The notes under the pieces: model-generated
Databases searched by the model: none
What the model was told of the DNA's origin: nothing
The model's input: only the letters and a program-made list of their open reading frames with translations
Part shown: positions 38,427 to 49,800 of the stretch, one piece after another
Layout: every line of letters starts with the position of its first letter
How positions within the stretch are numbered: position 1 is the stretch's first letter
Translations under genes and position numbers: made by a program
Source of the DNA: Pelagomonas calceolata
Lineage: Eukaryota
Length of the DNA: 64,000 nt
Reading direction: 5' to 3'
Assembly: GCA_918797485.1 (NCBI GenBank)
Contig: CAKKNE010000002.1
Span: 3,038,001 to 3,102,000 of the forward strand

Positions 38427-39697
38427 ATGGCCGAAGAGGAAGAGCCCTCGACGGGCACACCACTCTGGGGCGCGGGCAGCAGCGCCGACGCAGAGGGCCA
38501 GCAAACAAATGAAGAAGCGCCCGGCGCCGCCATGCGCCGCGTGAAGAAACGCGTCGAGGACGACGCGAGGAGACGCATCACGGGCGAGCCCAAGTTAGTT
38601 GTCCCTTGGGACAATCCCGCGAACTTCCCGCCCGAACCGGAACCGAGGGGCGTCGGCGAGGCGATACCCATGTTGAGAATCAGAAATGACCGGCCCGCGA
38701 ATATAGGAGAGGGCGAGTTCTGGCCCGACGAGTTGTTGGATCCGTTGGAAGGTATTGACTTCGAGTACGGCCCCGAAGATACGGAAGAGAAGGTCGTGAG
38801 AAAAAAACCGATTATTGAATATGTGAGGGACTTTGCGTTGTTTGGGGAATTGCCCAAGCTCATGAAGTGGGTCGAGGAGGGGAATGATGTGAACAGGCCC
38901 ACGGAGCACGGTACGACGCTATTCCATGAGTGTGTTGTGCATCAACAATTGCATTGTGCTTCCTACTTGATACAACAAGGCGCGGATGTGAACCTCGGGA
39001 ATTTACACGATGGCATCACGCCGTTACACGATGCGGCGCGCGAGGGAGATAGAGACGTCGTGGCCTTCGTCCTGCAAAAAGGCGCCCAAGTCGACAGTAG
39101 GTCAGAAAAGGGCACCACTCCACTAATGCGGGCGGCCGTCGGCGGGTCCGTGCCCGCGATTCGATGTTTGATAGCCTTCGGCGCCGACGTCACGCTCAAA
39201 GACAAGGCGGGCGCGACGGCCGAACGATTCGCGGTCAAGTACGGGAATAATGAGGCAAGGGACGTGCTCAAAGAAAGGGCGCGCGTCCTGGAGTTGGTGG
39301 CCTGGCACCGGGCGGCGGTGCGCGAGGCGGCGTTCTGGGTCCAGGAGGCCGCGGCGGCGGACGCGGCGGTTTTGCTCCAGCGTCCTTATTTCGTCGTGCG
39401 CGTCGATGGCGTCGAGGGGATCGATCACAATCCACCGCGCAGGCGCAGCACGCGATGGAGGCCGAGGCCGAGCGCGCGCGCGTCGAAGCGTGCGGGACCG
39501 GTGCGCGAATCAAACGCGTCGAGGGCGGCGGTGCACCCCATACGCCGTCGACGCGAGGTCGCTCGCGCAGGTACCGCCTCGAGCAGAAGGCCAAGGCAGA
39601 GGAGCGCGAGGAAAAGCGCAAGCAGAAGGCCGCGAAGGACCGGCAGCGCAAGCAGGAGGCGGAGGAAAGAAGGCGCAAGCTCAAAGCACTCTCCTAA
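38427..39697 (+). CDS. Ankyrin-repeat protein with coiled-coil tail; introns 39369-39442 and 39490-39570
   Basis: GTTLFH, GITPLHDAA, GTTPLMRAA, GADV motifs. Two GT...CGCGCAG introns join it to the K/E/R-rich tail ending at TAA 39697; the second intron is 81 nt and in frame, so less certain. Confidence 0.8.
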
Positions 39698-39703
39698 CAA
39701 TGT

Positions 39704-40072
39704 CTATGTGTTAGTACTACTCGAGTCCGAGTCCTCCTCCCCCTCGGAAACGGGCAGGGGCGGCGCGCCCGCGACGGCGCCCACGCGGCACTTGCCCAGG
39801 AGCGCGTGGCCGTTGACCCAGCGGTGGGCCTTTTTGAAGGCCTGCGTGCAGTCGCCTCCAAATGAGCCCTCGAGCACTTGCACACCGCCGGGGTGGTAGT
39901 CGAGGTACGGCGTAATATCGTAGACCTGGCCCTCGTAGACGGTCCAGGCATCATTTGAGGTTGCGTGGCGCCGCAGCTCGTCGAGCGACACCGTCCCCGT
40001 CATTTTACAATCGATGCGCTTGCGGTTCCAGTCCATCAGACTAAATCCCGGCCGGACGCCCTTCTTCGTCAT
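39704..40072 (-). CDS. Cytochrome b5-like heme-binding protein (CYB5R4 N-terminal type)
   Basis: PGFSLMDW, ELRRH...DAWTV...VYDITPYLDYHPGG...GGDCTQAFKKAHRWVN; start MTKKG at 40072. Confidence 0.88.
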   Translation of the reverse strand: MTKKGVRPGFSLMDWNRKRIDCKMTGTVSLDELRRHATSNDAWTVYEGQVYDITPYLDYHPGGVQVLEGSFGGDCTQAFKKAHRWVNGHALLGKCRVGAVAGAPPLPVSEGEEDSDSSSTNT

Positions 40073-40577
40073 GGCTTCTTCTTGTTCTCGTTGATGATTT
40101 TCTGGTTGTAGGCGAGCGTATCGTCGACGGCGTCCGGGCCAGACGTGAAGTACTGCCACGCTCCCACAACGGCAGCCGCGGCGGCCCAGCCCAGCAGGTT
40201 ACCCTTAGTCGGGACGAAGAGCTGCTTGAGCATGTGTGCGGCTGCGCGCGCTGTCGAGTTGGTGGTGCTGTGTGGCGCCGCTAGTCACAGCGCGTCGATG
40301 GCGTCTTCGCAGGCGTGCTCGCGCTGCTGCGAGATGCGTTTCGAGGCGTGCGCAGTCGCCACAACGGTCAGCGGTCTCGCGTTCGTCGCGCGAGAGACGG
40401 TAGCAGCTAGTGTACTATAAAGACACTAGCAAGCACTGCACGGAGCCGCGGCGCGGCATGCACGCGCGCTGAGCAACGCTGCGAAGCTGGACGCCTGCAT
40501 ATAGCTCCTACACGCAGCGCGCAGCTGCTCAGCCAAGCGAGCCAGCGCCGCCCGCGGGCGGCCCACAAACAAGCACC

Positions 40578-42278
40578 ATGCCAAGCGCAGCGAAGCGATC
40601 ACGCGAAGCGCAGGACGACAAGCCCGCTCCCAAGCGCCAGCGCGGCGCGGCGACGTCGAAGGCGTCGACAAGACGCGCTTTACGCGCCGCGTTATCTCGC
40701 TATGCGAGAGTAGGTCAGACGGCGTTAGCCGCCGTGCAACGAGCTGAGGTATTATCAAGACGAATAGAAGCGCAGACGCGAGAAGTCGAGGTCGCGCTGG
40801 CGGGCATGATGCCCATGGGCGCCGGCGGGCCCACGGCTTCTGCCCTAGGGCCGGACGTCACGGCGGCCCTCACGAAAGCAAAAAGACGACTCGCCTCGTC
40901 CCAACGGCCGGCGCCGGCCGATTTAGCTTTAAGGCTAGATGAGAAGGGCCAGCACGTCGACGCTTCTGGGAGAGTCGTGGATGATGAACGAAGGGTCGCT
41001 TCTCTGTTAGTCCACGAGCGACAAGAGGACCAAAACAAACCCAAAAAAGTAAACCCCTACACGAAATACGTGCCGGACCATGATGGATGTGATGTCAATG
41101 ACGATAGGGTTGTGACGAAGAAACGCGCGTCGAAGAAGGACCGCGCGTTTGCGTTCGTCCAGGAGGGCCACTATGTTAAGTTAGGTGAGGCTACAAGGGC
41201 CCGAGAGCAGCAGAAGCATTTGATGAATGTGCAGAAGCCCGAGGAGCTCGACGAGCAGCCGGAAGACATCTCTGATTTGGATGACGAGGAGGAGGACCGA
41301 CTCCCGCCGCGGTCGGAGCACTACGCTTCGGTGCCGGGTACCGAGTGGTGGGACGAGGCGTTTTTATCTCCTGAGAGGCAAGCGAAGCGGAACACGTCCG
41401 TTGCCGAAAGGATGAAGGACGACTACTCGAAGTGTCGGCTCGACCACAACCGGTTCCATGGTCTTATTCATCACCCGTCGCAAGTGCGGGCTCTTGGTGG
41501 CGAGAAGAAGCAGCCGGCGAACATGCCCTTCTACTTGACAGCGAGAGATCGGAAACGAGTGAGACGACAACAGCGCGCGGAGCGAGAGCGCGAGAGACAG
41601 GACAAGATCCAACTCGGGTTGATCCCGCCCCCGGAGCCCAAATTTAAACTCTCGAACTTCATGAAGGTGCTTGGGGAGCAAGCTGTCGCCGATCCGTCGA
41701 AATTGGAGAGAAGGGTCATGGAGCAGGTGCGCGGTCGACTCACAAAACACGAGATGCGGAATCAGGCTCGGAAGCTCACGCCCCAGGAGAAGAAGGAGAA
41801 GATGCGGCGGAAGATGGCCGAGGACACGTCTTCTGGGGTTGTGGTCGCTGTGTTCTATGTCGCTAGTCTACAAAGCAGCCAACATCGGTTCAAGATTGAC
41901 GTGAACGCGCAACAGCTAGGCTTGACGGGCGGCGTGTTGATATGTTCGGCACCGGATCTGCCCTGTGCTCTCGTGGTCGTAGAAGGCGGTCCTCGCGCGG
42001 TCAAGAGATTTTCAGCATTGATGAATCGGAGAATAGATTGGGCCGACACTTCAGAACTCCAGGGCGAAAACTACGCGCGGAACTGGGCCAAGGAGGTCTG
42101 GAAGGGGACCACTGTCAGACGGAACTTTGCTGCTTTCAAATTCCAGGAGTGCAAGTCGTCGCTGACGGCTAGACGGGTGCTCGATGCGAAGGGCGTCGCG
42201 CACTACTGGGACATGGTCGCGTCGGCGCACAAGCAGGGGCCGCCTCCTATTGAAGAGGACGAGTCCGACGAGGACTGA
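40578..42278 (+). CDS. PRPF3: U4/U6 snRNP protein Prp3
   Basis: EWWD, IHHP, YLTARDRKRVRRQ, LGLIPPPEPKFKLSNFMKVL, HEMRNQARKLT, HRFKIDVNAQQLGLTG, VVEGG, RRIDW, VWKG, HYWD. Confidence 0.96.
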   Translation: MPSAAKRSREAQDDKPAPKRQRGAATSKASTRRALRAALSRYARVGQTALAAVQRAEVLSRRIEAQTREVEVALAGMMPMGAGGPTASALGPDVTAALTKAKRRLASSQRPAPADLALRLDEKGQHVDASGRVVDDERRVASLLVHERQEDQNKPKKVNPYTKYVPDHDGCDVNDDRVVTKKRASKKDRAFAFVQEGHYVKLGEATRAREQQKHLMNVQKPEELDEQPEDISDLDDEEEDRLPPRSEHYASVPGTEWWDEAFLSPERQAKRNTSVAERMKDDYSKCRLDHNRFHGLIHHPSQVRALGGEKKQPANMPFYLTARDRKRVRRQQRAERERERQDKIQLGLIPPPEPKFKLSNFMKVLGEQAVADPSKLERRVMEQVRGRLTKHEMRNQARKLTPQEKKEKMRRKMAEDTSSGVVVAVFYVASLQSSQHRFKIDVNAQQLGLTGGVLICSAPDLPCALVVVEGGPRAVKRFSALMNRRIDWADTSELQGENYARNWAKEVWKGTTVRRNFAAFKFQECKSSLTARRVLDAKGVAHYWDMVASAHKQGPPPIEEDESDED

Positions 42279-43194
42279 GGCCGCGCGGCGTAAAACTTTT
42301 AACTCCAGGACTTCGACGGGCTCGCTCGCGGCCTCTCGTCGACTACGGCCGGCCCGCGACTTCACACAGCCTCTCCCACGCCGCCGCCGACGACGCGACC
42401 GGTTGATCGATTCACTATGGTTAAGTCAGACGATAAGGGGGGTGGGGGGCGCAGGGGTGCGTCCGGTGTTGATGCCATATACTTGTGCCGAGCGCAGTTC
42501 GCGTGCGCTCCCATCTAAATTTGGCCAGCGGGGGCATAAGTCGTGGTAAGGACGTGGTTGATACCTGGAGGGGGGGGGAGCGGCCTCACGGCCGCCAGTC
42601 GATGGAGCCGCCGCCGCCGCGGCTCTGCGACGAGTCGCCGGTCGCCGAGTCCTCGGAGTTGAAGAGCGGGTAGTTCCGCGGCGTCACGCGCGGCACGCCC
42701 GGCGCCATGCCCGGCGGCGGCGCGGACCCGGGCCACTCGGCGGCGCGCGGCGTCGGCGCGCCGAGCGGCGGTATCGATGATTTCCTCCGATTTCGAGCTA
42801 GATCGCTGTGTAACTTCCGCCTAGTCGCGCGCGCCGCGTGTGATTCAAGTCAACTCTGAATTTTGGATTGGGCTACGGTAAAAAATGCGACGCACCGATA
42901 CGCCCCGCAAGCGACAACTTAATGGCCTCGAATCGGCAAGGTCATTAAAGCCGGCCAAGTCGCCGTACGCGATCGAAAGCTACGAAGCAAGCGCCCGCAC
43001 GGATCTTACGACGCGTCTCGCGCACGCAAAACCACAAAACCCGCATTCCGACAATTTCGATGATTGGCTTCGAGACGCGCCCCGCCGCGCCTGCCATTGA
43101 TTCGAGGCGGCGCTGCCGTTGCGGCAGCCCGATCGTCGCGCGACGCGCGCGCTGAGCCACCAGCAATCGCGCCACCGCTGCCCGCACGCTGCCC

Positions 43195-43830
43195 ATGGCA
43201 TCGGACGACTCCTACCTGCGCAGCCTGAGCTCGCTGAGCTGCGGCCTGCTGGACGGATTGTGCCAGGCCGAGGACGAGGAGGAGTTTTCGGCGGAGGAGC
43301 AGCTGCCCGAGCCGGAAGAGGAGGCACCCGAGAGCGAGGAGGAAGAGGACTTCGCTCCGCGCGTCGTGAAACCCGTCTCGACGCCGACGCCCAAGAAGCG
43401 CGTCGCCGTTTCCAGAGATGCCATCGAGACCTTCAAAGAACATTTGAGGAAGGGGTTAGCTGTGACCAAACATTGCAGCAACGGCAAGACGAAACCGCGC
43501 GTCCTCTTCTGCGACGACGCGTGTTCCAAACTCGGCTGGCAGAAGCCGAACGGCACGCCGGCCAAGAACACTGATCTACTACCCTTGCGGTCCGTCGTCG
43601 AAATTCGAGCTGGGGTGGAAATCGACAAGCAGGGCAGTCGCGAGGACCCCAAGGGCCGGACCCTCATGGGCACGCCGACGCTACGGAAATGCATCGACGG
43701 GACGTCGGCGCGGCGCGTCTTCTCCTTCATCTTCCGGGACCGGACTTTAGATCTGGAGTTCAGCACGGAGGAGGAGTGCCGGCGCAATTTGAGACTGTTC
43801 AAGGTGCTCGTGGCGGAGGCGTCGAAGTAG
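43195..43830 (+). CDS. PH-domain protein (PLC-type PH)
   Basis: LRKGLAVTKH...KPRVL...LGW...VVEIRAG...FSFIFRDRTLDLEFSTEEE. Confidence 0.78.
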   Translation: MASDDSYLRSLSSLSCGLLDGLCQAEDEEEFSAEEQLPEPEEEAPESEEEEDFAPRVVKPVSTPTPKKRVAVSRDAIETFKEHLRKGLAVTKHCSNGKTKPRVLFCDDACSKLGWQKPNGTPAKNTDLLPLRSVVEIRAGVEIDKQGSREDPKGRTLMGTPTLRKCIDGTSARRVFSFIFRDRTLDLEFSTEEECRRNLRLFKVLVAEASK

Positions 43831-43920
43831 TCCTCGTGAGGCGTGGGTAGTAATTCTTGCGTTAGGCCTGGCTCGTCGGCGGCGTCGTCGCGAGCATGAT
43901 CTCTCGCGCGGACTAAAAAT

Positions 43921-43978
43921 GTTAAGTCGATGTTACGGTGCTAGGACTAGTTGAGTCGATGTTACGGTGCTAGGACTA
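43921..43978. repeat. 29-nt tandem duplication (2 copies)
   Basis: GTT(A/G)AGTCGATGTTACGGTGCTAGGACTA twice with one mismatch. Confidence 0.9.
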
Positions 43979-44238
43979 GTGGGCGGAGCCCCTGGGGGGG
44001 AGACACCGCGCGTCGCCGATAGGACTAGTCCAGAGTGGCGCGCGAAACTGCTAGTGTCTTACAAGACGCTAGCCTTCATCTCCGCCGTGAAAAAGGACAA
44101 ACGGCACGTAGACGGCAAAGATCACGGTTCAGAATTGCATGTGCAGCAGTTCTGAGCGTGCGCCACTGCTGCGCGAATCCTGTGGCCGCAGGAAGGCGGC
44201 GCGGAGCAGCACTGAGTAGGCACAGCAGACCCCTGCCG

Positions 44239-45396
44239 ATGGCGGCACATGAGCAACGGCTGACGGTCTATCGACCGGTGCTTTGGCGGGGGATAAAGAG
44301 ACAAGAATGGTTTGGCGATAATACGGTTTGGTTTCCTGGTGCCGACGACCACCATATTTTCGGCTGCTTCTTCAGGACCGAGGGTTTCTACGGGATCGAC
44401 ATCTTGAGGATAGATCCGACGGGACCTGGTTTACATTGGGCTCGGCGCGGCGCCACACCAACCGTATCTTTCCCCTACGACGGGGCGCACGGCGACGGTG
44501 CGTCTTGCATGATTAACATCGAGCGATTCGCACCGAACCGTGCGTACTTTAATCTCGAGCTCGAGGCGCTAGACGGCAGCGAAGAGCGCATCACCGAGAT
44601 CAAGTTCGACGGGAATCGGCTACGGTGCTACGGAGGTTGGGCCGTAGAGGATTCCACCACGGTCGCGCCGACCGTTCGCGAGCGCACGTGGCTCAAGCTC
44701 GACGCGGTCCTCGAGGATGGGCCGCCGCCACGACTACTGCTGCGCGTCGACGGCCAGCTCCTTTACGCGATGCCGACCTGGCACAAAAAAGGCGACGAGG
44801 CCAAGAACTGCCAGTGGGTGAGCGAGCTCCTGCCGACGCGCTGCGACGTCCACGGCGACGACGAAACGGCGCAGGAGGCGTGCAGAAAAACGTGCGACAC
44901 TTGCGAGTCGGAGCTGCCGCCGCCCCGGCGCTCGACCTTCGCGCCGACCGTCACGCCGTCGGAGGAGGAGGAGTGCCGGACCGATATCTGCCTAGAGCGG
45001 CATGTTGTCCCACTGCTCGAAGGGCGTGCCGCCCGCGACGTAGCCCCGGTAGGGCGCGACGGCGTGCTCGCCGGAAACGAGGGGCGTGCAGCCCGCGATG
45101 AAGCCGAGGAACGCGGCCATGGCGACGCGGCCGTGCTTGATCTCCGCGTGCCGGAACCAGCCGATGTTCGCCTCGACGGTGTCGACGCCGTACTGGGCGA
45201 GGATCGTGGAGCCCGCGAGGTCGAGCGGGTCCCAGTAGCCGGGCGGGCCGGGCATCGAGTTCTGGAGCGCCTCGAGGTCCGCCTTGGTTCGCGGGTGCTC
45301 GTGCCGGGGCTCGTCGGGCTTCGCGAACATTTCGTGCCTGGCGCGGCAGGCGAACATTCAATTCGGCCAGCACCTCGCGGCGAACCAGAGAAGTAA
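44239..45396 (+). other. Chimeric ORF: unknown domain + Cys-rich module + antisense read-through of an LHC fragment
   Basis: WHKKGDEAKNCQWVSELLPTRC...ACRKTC module and FAPTVTP stalk; beyond about 44990 the ORF is only the antisense of the LHC fragment. Confidence 0.45.
44992..45335 (-). pseudogene. Truncated light-harvesting complex (LHC/FCP) gene fragment
   Basis: GYWDPLDLA and WFRHAEIKHGRVAMAAFLGF (helix 1), then a stop after EQWDNMPL; helices 2-3 and a targeting peptide are missing. Confidence 0.85.
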
Positions 45397-45474
45397 ATAC
45401 GATGTGCCCCTTTTAGGCACGGGGGGGGATGTGCGTCGTAGCGCCTTGTGCGGCTACGAACGAGGGGCTGCCGC

Positions 45475-47409
45475 CTAGCCCTTCGAGAGGAGGAGGAGCG
45501 TCGCGGCGTCGACGTGGAAGGGGCCGCCCTTCGTCGGGTCGCGGTACGCCAGGAACTCGAGCGGCACGCAGTATTTGTTGCCGCGGCGCATCAGCTCGGC
45601 GTAGATCGGGAAGCCCTCGCGGCTGAGGAAGTTGTGGAGGGTCGCCCAGTGCTGCGACGGCCCGCGCGCGCGGTGCGCCCTGGAGAGCCAGAGCGCCACC
45701 GTGCCCGGCTCAGAAGCGCCGGCGGTGTTCCGGCGGTACGAGGCCACCGCGCCGAAGGCGTCGAGGCGGCGGTCGTCGGGCGAGGTCCGCAACAACCGGT
45801 CCCGGAGGCGGTCGCTCTCCGTGGCGAACGCGCCCCAGGTGCCGACGGTCGCGTCGAGCGCGAAGCGGCACTTGAAGAAGCCGCCGTCGAGAGGCTCGCC
45901 GTCGTCCTGCGTCGCCGGCGTCTCGCGCAGCAGCGAGAGGCCGATGGCGCCCATCGCCTCGACCGGGTCGAAGTCGAGCCCGCGGGCGTGGTCCCGCCCC
46001 GGCGGCCGCGGCGTCGCCGTCAGCGCCCACCGGCCCTGGCGGCCGGCATGGGCCCAGCCCTCGGTGCAGTCCGCGGCCGCCCTAGTCATGGCGATGGCCT
46101 CGCCGACCACCAGGCGCCGCAGCGTCGCGACGGCCTCGCCGGGCTTGCCGCGCCAGGCCCGCGCCGCCGCGACGCAGAGCGCGCTGCCCGCCGAGCCGAA
46201 CGCGTACCGTTTCGGCCACGGCCCGGCCTTGAGGATGACCCACTTGTCCTTGTACTTGACCCACACCTCCTCATCGTCCCGGCGGAACTCGTGGTCCTTG
46301 AGGAAGAGCTCGAGGTTGTCCGCGTCGACCTTGATCTCCCGCAGGCCCCCCTCGTCGAAGATCTCCTCCTCGACTAATTCGTTGTGCGCCTCCTCGGTCT
46401 CGCGCGCGCCGGCCGCCGCCGCCGCCCGGCGCGACAGTATCTGTGTGGGGCGTACAGATGCAAGATGCGCCGTCCTCGCCTGGTCGACGCGCGCCGCCTC
46501 GGCCTCGGCCGTCGCCGCCGCGAAGTTGCGCAACTGCGACTCGTTGAACTCGCCCATGCTTTTGAGCGCGTCCTCCCAGGACTGGGGCGGCGGCAGGTCG
46601 ACGACCTTCCACCCACCGCGCTGGACAACAGCCAAAGCGTCCGCATCCGAGCCCACGTTCGCGTTGTTAAAGCGAAACCCGGCGCCGCTGAGCAACGACA
46701 CGTAGGCCTGTGCTTTGCTGATGGAGGCGCCCTCGTCCACGTCGCGCGCCTCCCACTTGGCGCAGACCGCCGACGTGGCCGTGTTGTTGCAGAGCTGGGA
46801 GACGTAAGGTGCAGTGAGGCCGGGGAACGCCGCTGCTGCATCCTTGCGCGTCTTGAAGGGCCGCCACTTATCGTCGCCCTCGCCGGCGAGTCGTACCTCG
46901 CACGCCTTTAGTCCACCGCTGCCGGGCAGGACGACCTTCTCGCCCGTGCGCGCCTTCTCGGCCAGCTCGACGGCGGCGCGGAACTGGGCGAGCTCGCTGG
47001 AAGCTTCCGCGGTCGCGGCGCACGGCTGGCCCTCGTTCAGGTCCTGCTCCGCGAGCGGCGCGGGCTTGGCCGGCGCCGGCGTCGGCTCCGAGCGCTTGGC
47101 CGGCGGCGGCGGGCTCGGCGAGGGCGAGCGGCGGCGCGTGGGCGCGCGCCGCTTCGGCTTCTCCTGCTCGGGCGCCTCGGCTCGCTCGCGGTGGTCGCGG
47201 ACCTCGTCGAAGAGGAACCCCGACCCGGGGGCATAATCCCAACCCATCTTGACCCGCACGTCTTCTAGCAGGGCCTCGTCCCGACACTTCTTCTGGTCGT
47301 TGCCCGGCAGGTCCGCGTACTTGCCCTGGAGGAGGTCGACCGCGGCCTCGACCATCTTTTTCCGGCCTTCCGCGTCCGTCTCGGACTTCTTCGTGGTCTT
47401 CTTGCCCAT
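45475..47409 (-). CDS. Hypothetical modular protein with a possible NUMOD1-like HTH module
   Basis: Long GC3-rich ORF; start MGKKT at 47409; internal KACEVRL...WRPFKTRKDAAAAFPGLTAPYVSQLCNN; C-terminal globular region not recognised. Confidence 0.55.
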   Translation of the reverse strand: MGKKTTKKSETDAEGRKKMVEAAVDLLQGKYADLPGNDQKKCRDEALLEDVRVKMGWDYAPGSGFLFDEVRDHRERAEAPEQEKPKRRAPTRRRSPSPSPPPPAKRSEPTPAPAKPAPLAEQDLNEGQPCAATAEASSELAQFRAAVELAEKARTGEKVVLPGSGGLKACEVRLAGEGDDKWRPFKTRKDAAAAFPGLTAPYVSQLCNNTATSAVCAKWEARDVDEGASISKAQAYVSLLSGAGFRFNNANVGSDADALAVVQRGGWKVVDLPPPQSWEDALKSMGEFNESQLRNFAAATAEAEAARVDQARTAHLASVRPTQILSRRAAAAAGARETEEAHNELVEEEIFDEGGLREIKVDADNLELFLKDHEFRRDDEEVWVKYKDKWVILKAGPWPKRYAFGSAGSALCVAAARAWRGKPGEAVATLRRLVVGEAIAMTRAAADCTEGWAHAGRQGRWALTATPRPPGRDHARGLDFDPVEAMGAIGLSLLRETPATQDDGEPLDGGFFKCRFALDATVGTWGAFATESDRLRDRLLRTSPDDRRLDAFGAVASYRRNTAGASEPGTVALWLSRAHRARGPSQHWATLHNFLSREGFPIYAELMRRGNKYCVPLEFLAYRDPTKGGPFHVDAATLLLLSKG

Positions 47410-48050
47410 GATGCGGTGGCCGTGGCGCGGCGACGGACGCAGGCAGGGCGGCGACGGCTTTCTGGCCTGTGAGGCAGACGCCGTCCGAGACCGCGCCCCG
47501 TCCGCGGCGCGAGCCCACGTCACCACGCGCGGCGCGCCTCAGAGCCGCGGGCCGCCACCGCCGCCTCGGCGGTCGCGCTGAAGCATCGCTCTCGCTGGCG
47601 CGGCGCCGGCGTCCTGAGGACGGCTGGTGCTTGCTCAGCTGAGTGAGATGCGGCGCCGCGCCGAGAGAGCGCGCGCGGCGCAGCGCGACAGCGCGCGCGC
47701 GCGGTCGTTAGATCGATCAGAAGGAGATCCGGTCGATTTCAACGAGTGGTCTCGTGTGGGCGGCCCCGAGCGATCGGAGATGCTCTCTGTCGAATTAAAA
47801 AATGGCAGTTGATAGTGTGAAAGACACTCTAGGATTACGGCGCTGGATGCTCACGCTTGCGTGGGTTCTGGCGCTGGTTTTTGAGCCAAATTTGGTGCGC
47901 CTGGCGCTACTTACGAGGCACGGGAAGATGTGGACTTGATCCGCGCGATTTTAGGTTCGAAGACTCTCTAGGGTTGGGAAGGCAGCCCTTACCCCAAAAC
48001 CACAAGCTGCCCCGCCGTCAGCGGGGGATAGCGATGGCCGCCCGACGACG

Positions 48051-48318
48051 GACTCCCGCGTCGCCGTGGCGGGCGCGCTGGACGTCGTCGGGCGCCGACT
48101 AGCATGGTGCACTCGATCGCGGCCGCGAGCCGACGGCGCGGACCAGAGCCAGAAGGACCGCTCGCCGCCTCACCCGGGAACGGAGGAAAGACGCGGACGC
48201 CCGTGTCGCCGTGGCGGGCGCGCTGGACGTCGTCGGGCGCCGATTAGCATCATGCACTCGAAGGCCGCCGCGAGCCGACGCACGGAACAGAAGGACCGCC
48301 CGCCGCCAGCCGGGAACG
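48051..48318. repeat. Diverged tandem duplication with period about 145 nt
   Basis: GTCGCCGTGGCGGGCGCGCTGGACGTCGTCGGGCGCCGA..TAGCAT..TGCACTCGA...CAGAAGGACCGC...CCGGGAACG occurs at about 48060 and 48205. Confidence 0.85.
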
Positions 48319-48969
48319 CCATCGGCACGTAGGCCACCCAGGGCGTCGCGAAGGAGCGGAACGCGCCCAACGGTGGGCCCAGCAGTAAATACTGACTACG
48401 CCACGGCGTCGACGACAGAGCCCCGTTCACTGTCCTCGCTCCCGCGGTCAGGCGGCCGTGCAGGGCCTCTTCAGGCTGTAATGCCCAGTTGTCGAACACC
48501 CACGACGCCGCGGCCGACGTCCGCCACACGCTCACCAACGCCTCCGATGCGTCGGCAATGACATGATTCTAGTTGCCCGAGTCGATGGCGATGCTCGACG
48601 GGAGTAGTAAGTCCGGTTTTCTTAATAATATTCTGTCGCCCGGTCCGCCGGCACGGCCTTCTTCTCCATGGGCTCCGCGCCCGGGATGAACGCGCCGCCC
48701 AGCTCGTAGGACTCGCGTGCGTCTTCGACGCCTTCGCCCTAACATCCAAGCCTCTCTACTCTGTTATGATGCTGCTGGGGAACGCTCAATACGAGCATAC
48801 TAGACCCACAGGGCCCCGTCCCGCGTAGACCCGTTTTGCCCGAAAAACGACCAGATTACCCTCCAGCGCGAGGTCCCCCGGCGACGGGGTCGCCTGGAAG
48901 CTAGGCTCGAAACTTCCTTTCTTAATCCTCCGCCGGGCCCTTGTGGCGCGGCGGGACTTCGCCGACTCA

Positions 48970-49800
48970 TCACCGGCAGCAAAGAACCCCACTACGACGT
49001 GGCGTTCTCCGAGGCCTCTCCCGGGACCCGGAAGCGATAACCTGTGCGGGAATCAAAACGGAGTTGCGCACAGGCCCACCGCGGTCTGCGCGTTGCATTT
49101 TGGCACTGGTCCTACCTCCTGGGGCGAGGCCGTCGTCGACCCGGCGCCAGTCCGTGCGCGCGGGCGGCCAGTCGTCGCCGGGCGGCGTGTCCGCCTCCGG
49201 CCATACCTCGCGGCAATACTCGCGCGCGGCACCGGCTTGATTGCGCGCGGCGGCGAGCGGACCACCTGGGGCGAGGAACGCAGAGAGACGGGAGTCATCG
49301 CTATAATAATCATAATTCCCGCGCATGCGGCTGATACACACGCGCGCTTTGAGAGCTAACGCGACAGATCCAGTTTCGTGAGCCGCCAGCACAAGACGCA
49401 AACACAAGTCCCGGGTGAAGTCGGGCAGTCGTAAGAAGCACGCGCTCAACTCTTCGAGGTGCGTGGGGTCCGCGCTGCTGGTGCGAATTTCGGCGCTCAG
49501 CGCCCGATCCATCGCCGCGGGGATGGGAATCTCTGCCGCGCCAAGAGCATATGACATGGCCTCCCGTTGCGCCCGTGTTCCCGCCGCGGCCATGAACCGC
49601 TCGGCGAGTTGCAACTGGACGTAGTACACGTGGTGCCGACAGGCACGGCTCCTGAGCGCTTGCTGCACGTCGACGGCGAAGCCGCGTGACGTCGCGACCA
49701 AATCCCCGTCGAACGCCTCGGCGGCGCTCAGGAAATCCAAGATCAGTGGGGTCACGTCCGTATCAAAGACCCTGGCCAGGCCGGCGTAGGCCATGGTCAT
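48970..49800 (-). CDS. Hypothetical protein with F-box-like N-terminus; 3' part possibly degenerate
   Basis: DTDVTPLILDFLSAAEAFDGDLVATSRGF; C-terminal 60 aa look non-coding-like. Confidence 0.4.
   Translation of the reverse strand: MTMAYAGLARVFDTDVTPLILDFLSAAEAFDGDLVATSRGFAVDVQQALRSRACRHHVYYVQLQLAERFMAAAGTRAQREAMSYALGAAEIPIPAAMDRALSAEIRTSSADPTHLEELSACFLRLPDFTRDLCLRLVLAAHETGSVALALKARVCISRMRGNYDYYSDDSRLSAFLAPGGPLAAARNQAGAAREYCREVWPEADTPPGDDWPPARTDWRRVDDGLAPGGRTSAKMQRADRGGPVRNSVLIPAQVIASGSRERPRRTPRRSGVLCCR

Noticed and set aside
42515..42790. Coding-like GC-rich fragment between PRP3 and the PH gene
   Set aside because: Too short, no reliable start or family motif.
43921..43978. 29-nt direct repeats as a CRISPR array
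   Set aside because: Only two adjacent copies, no spacer, no cas genes, eukaryotic context.
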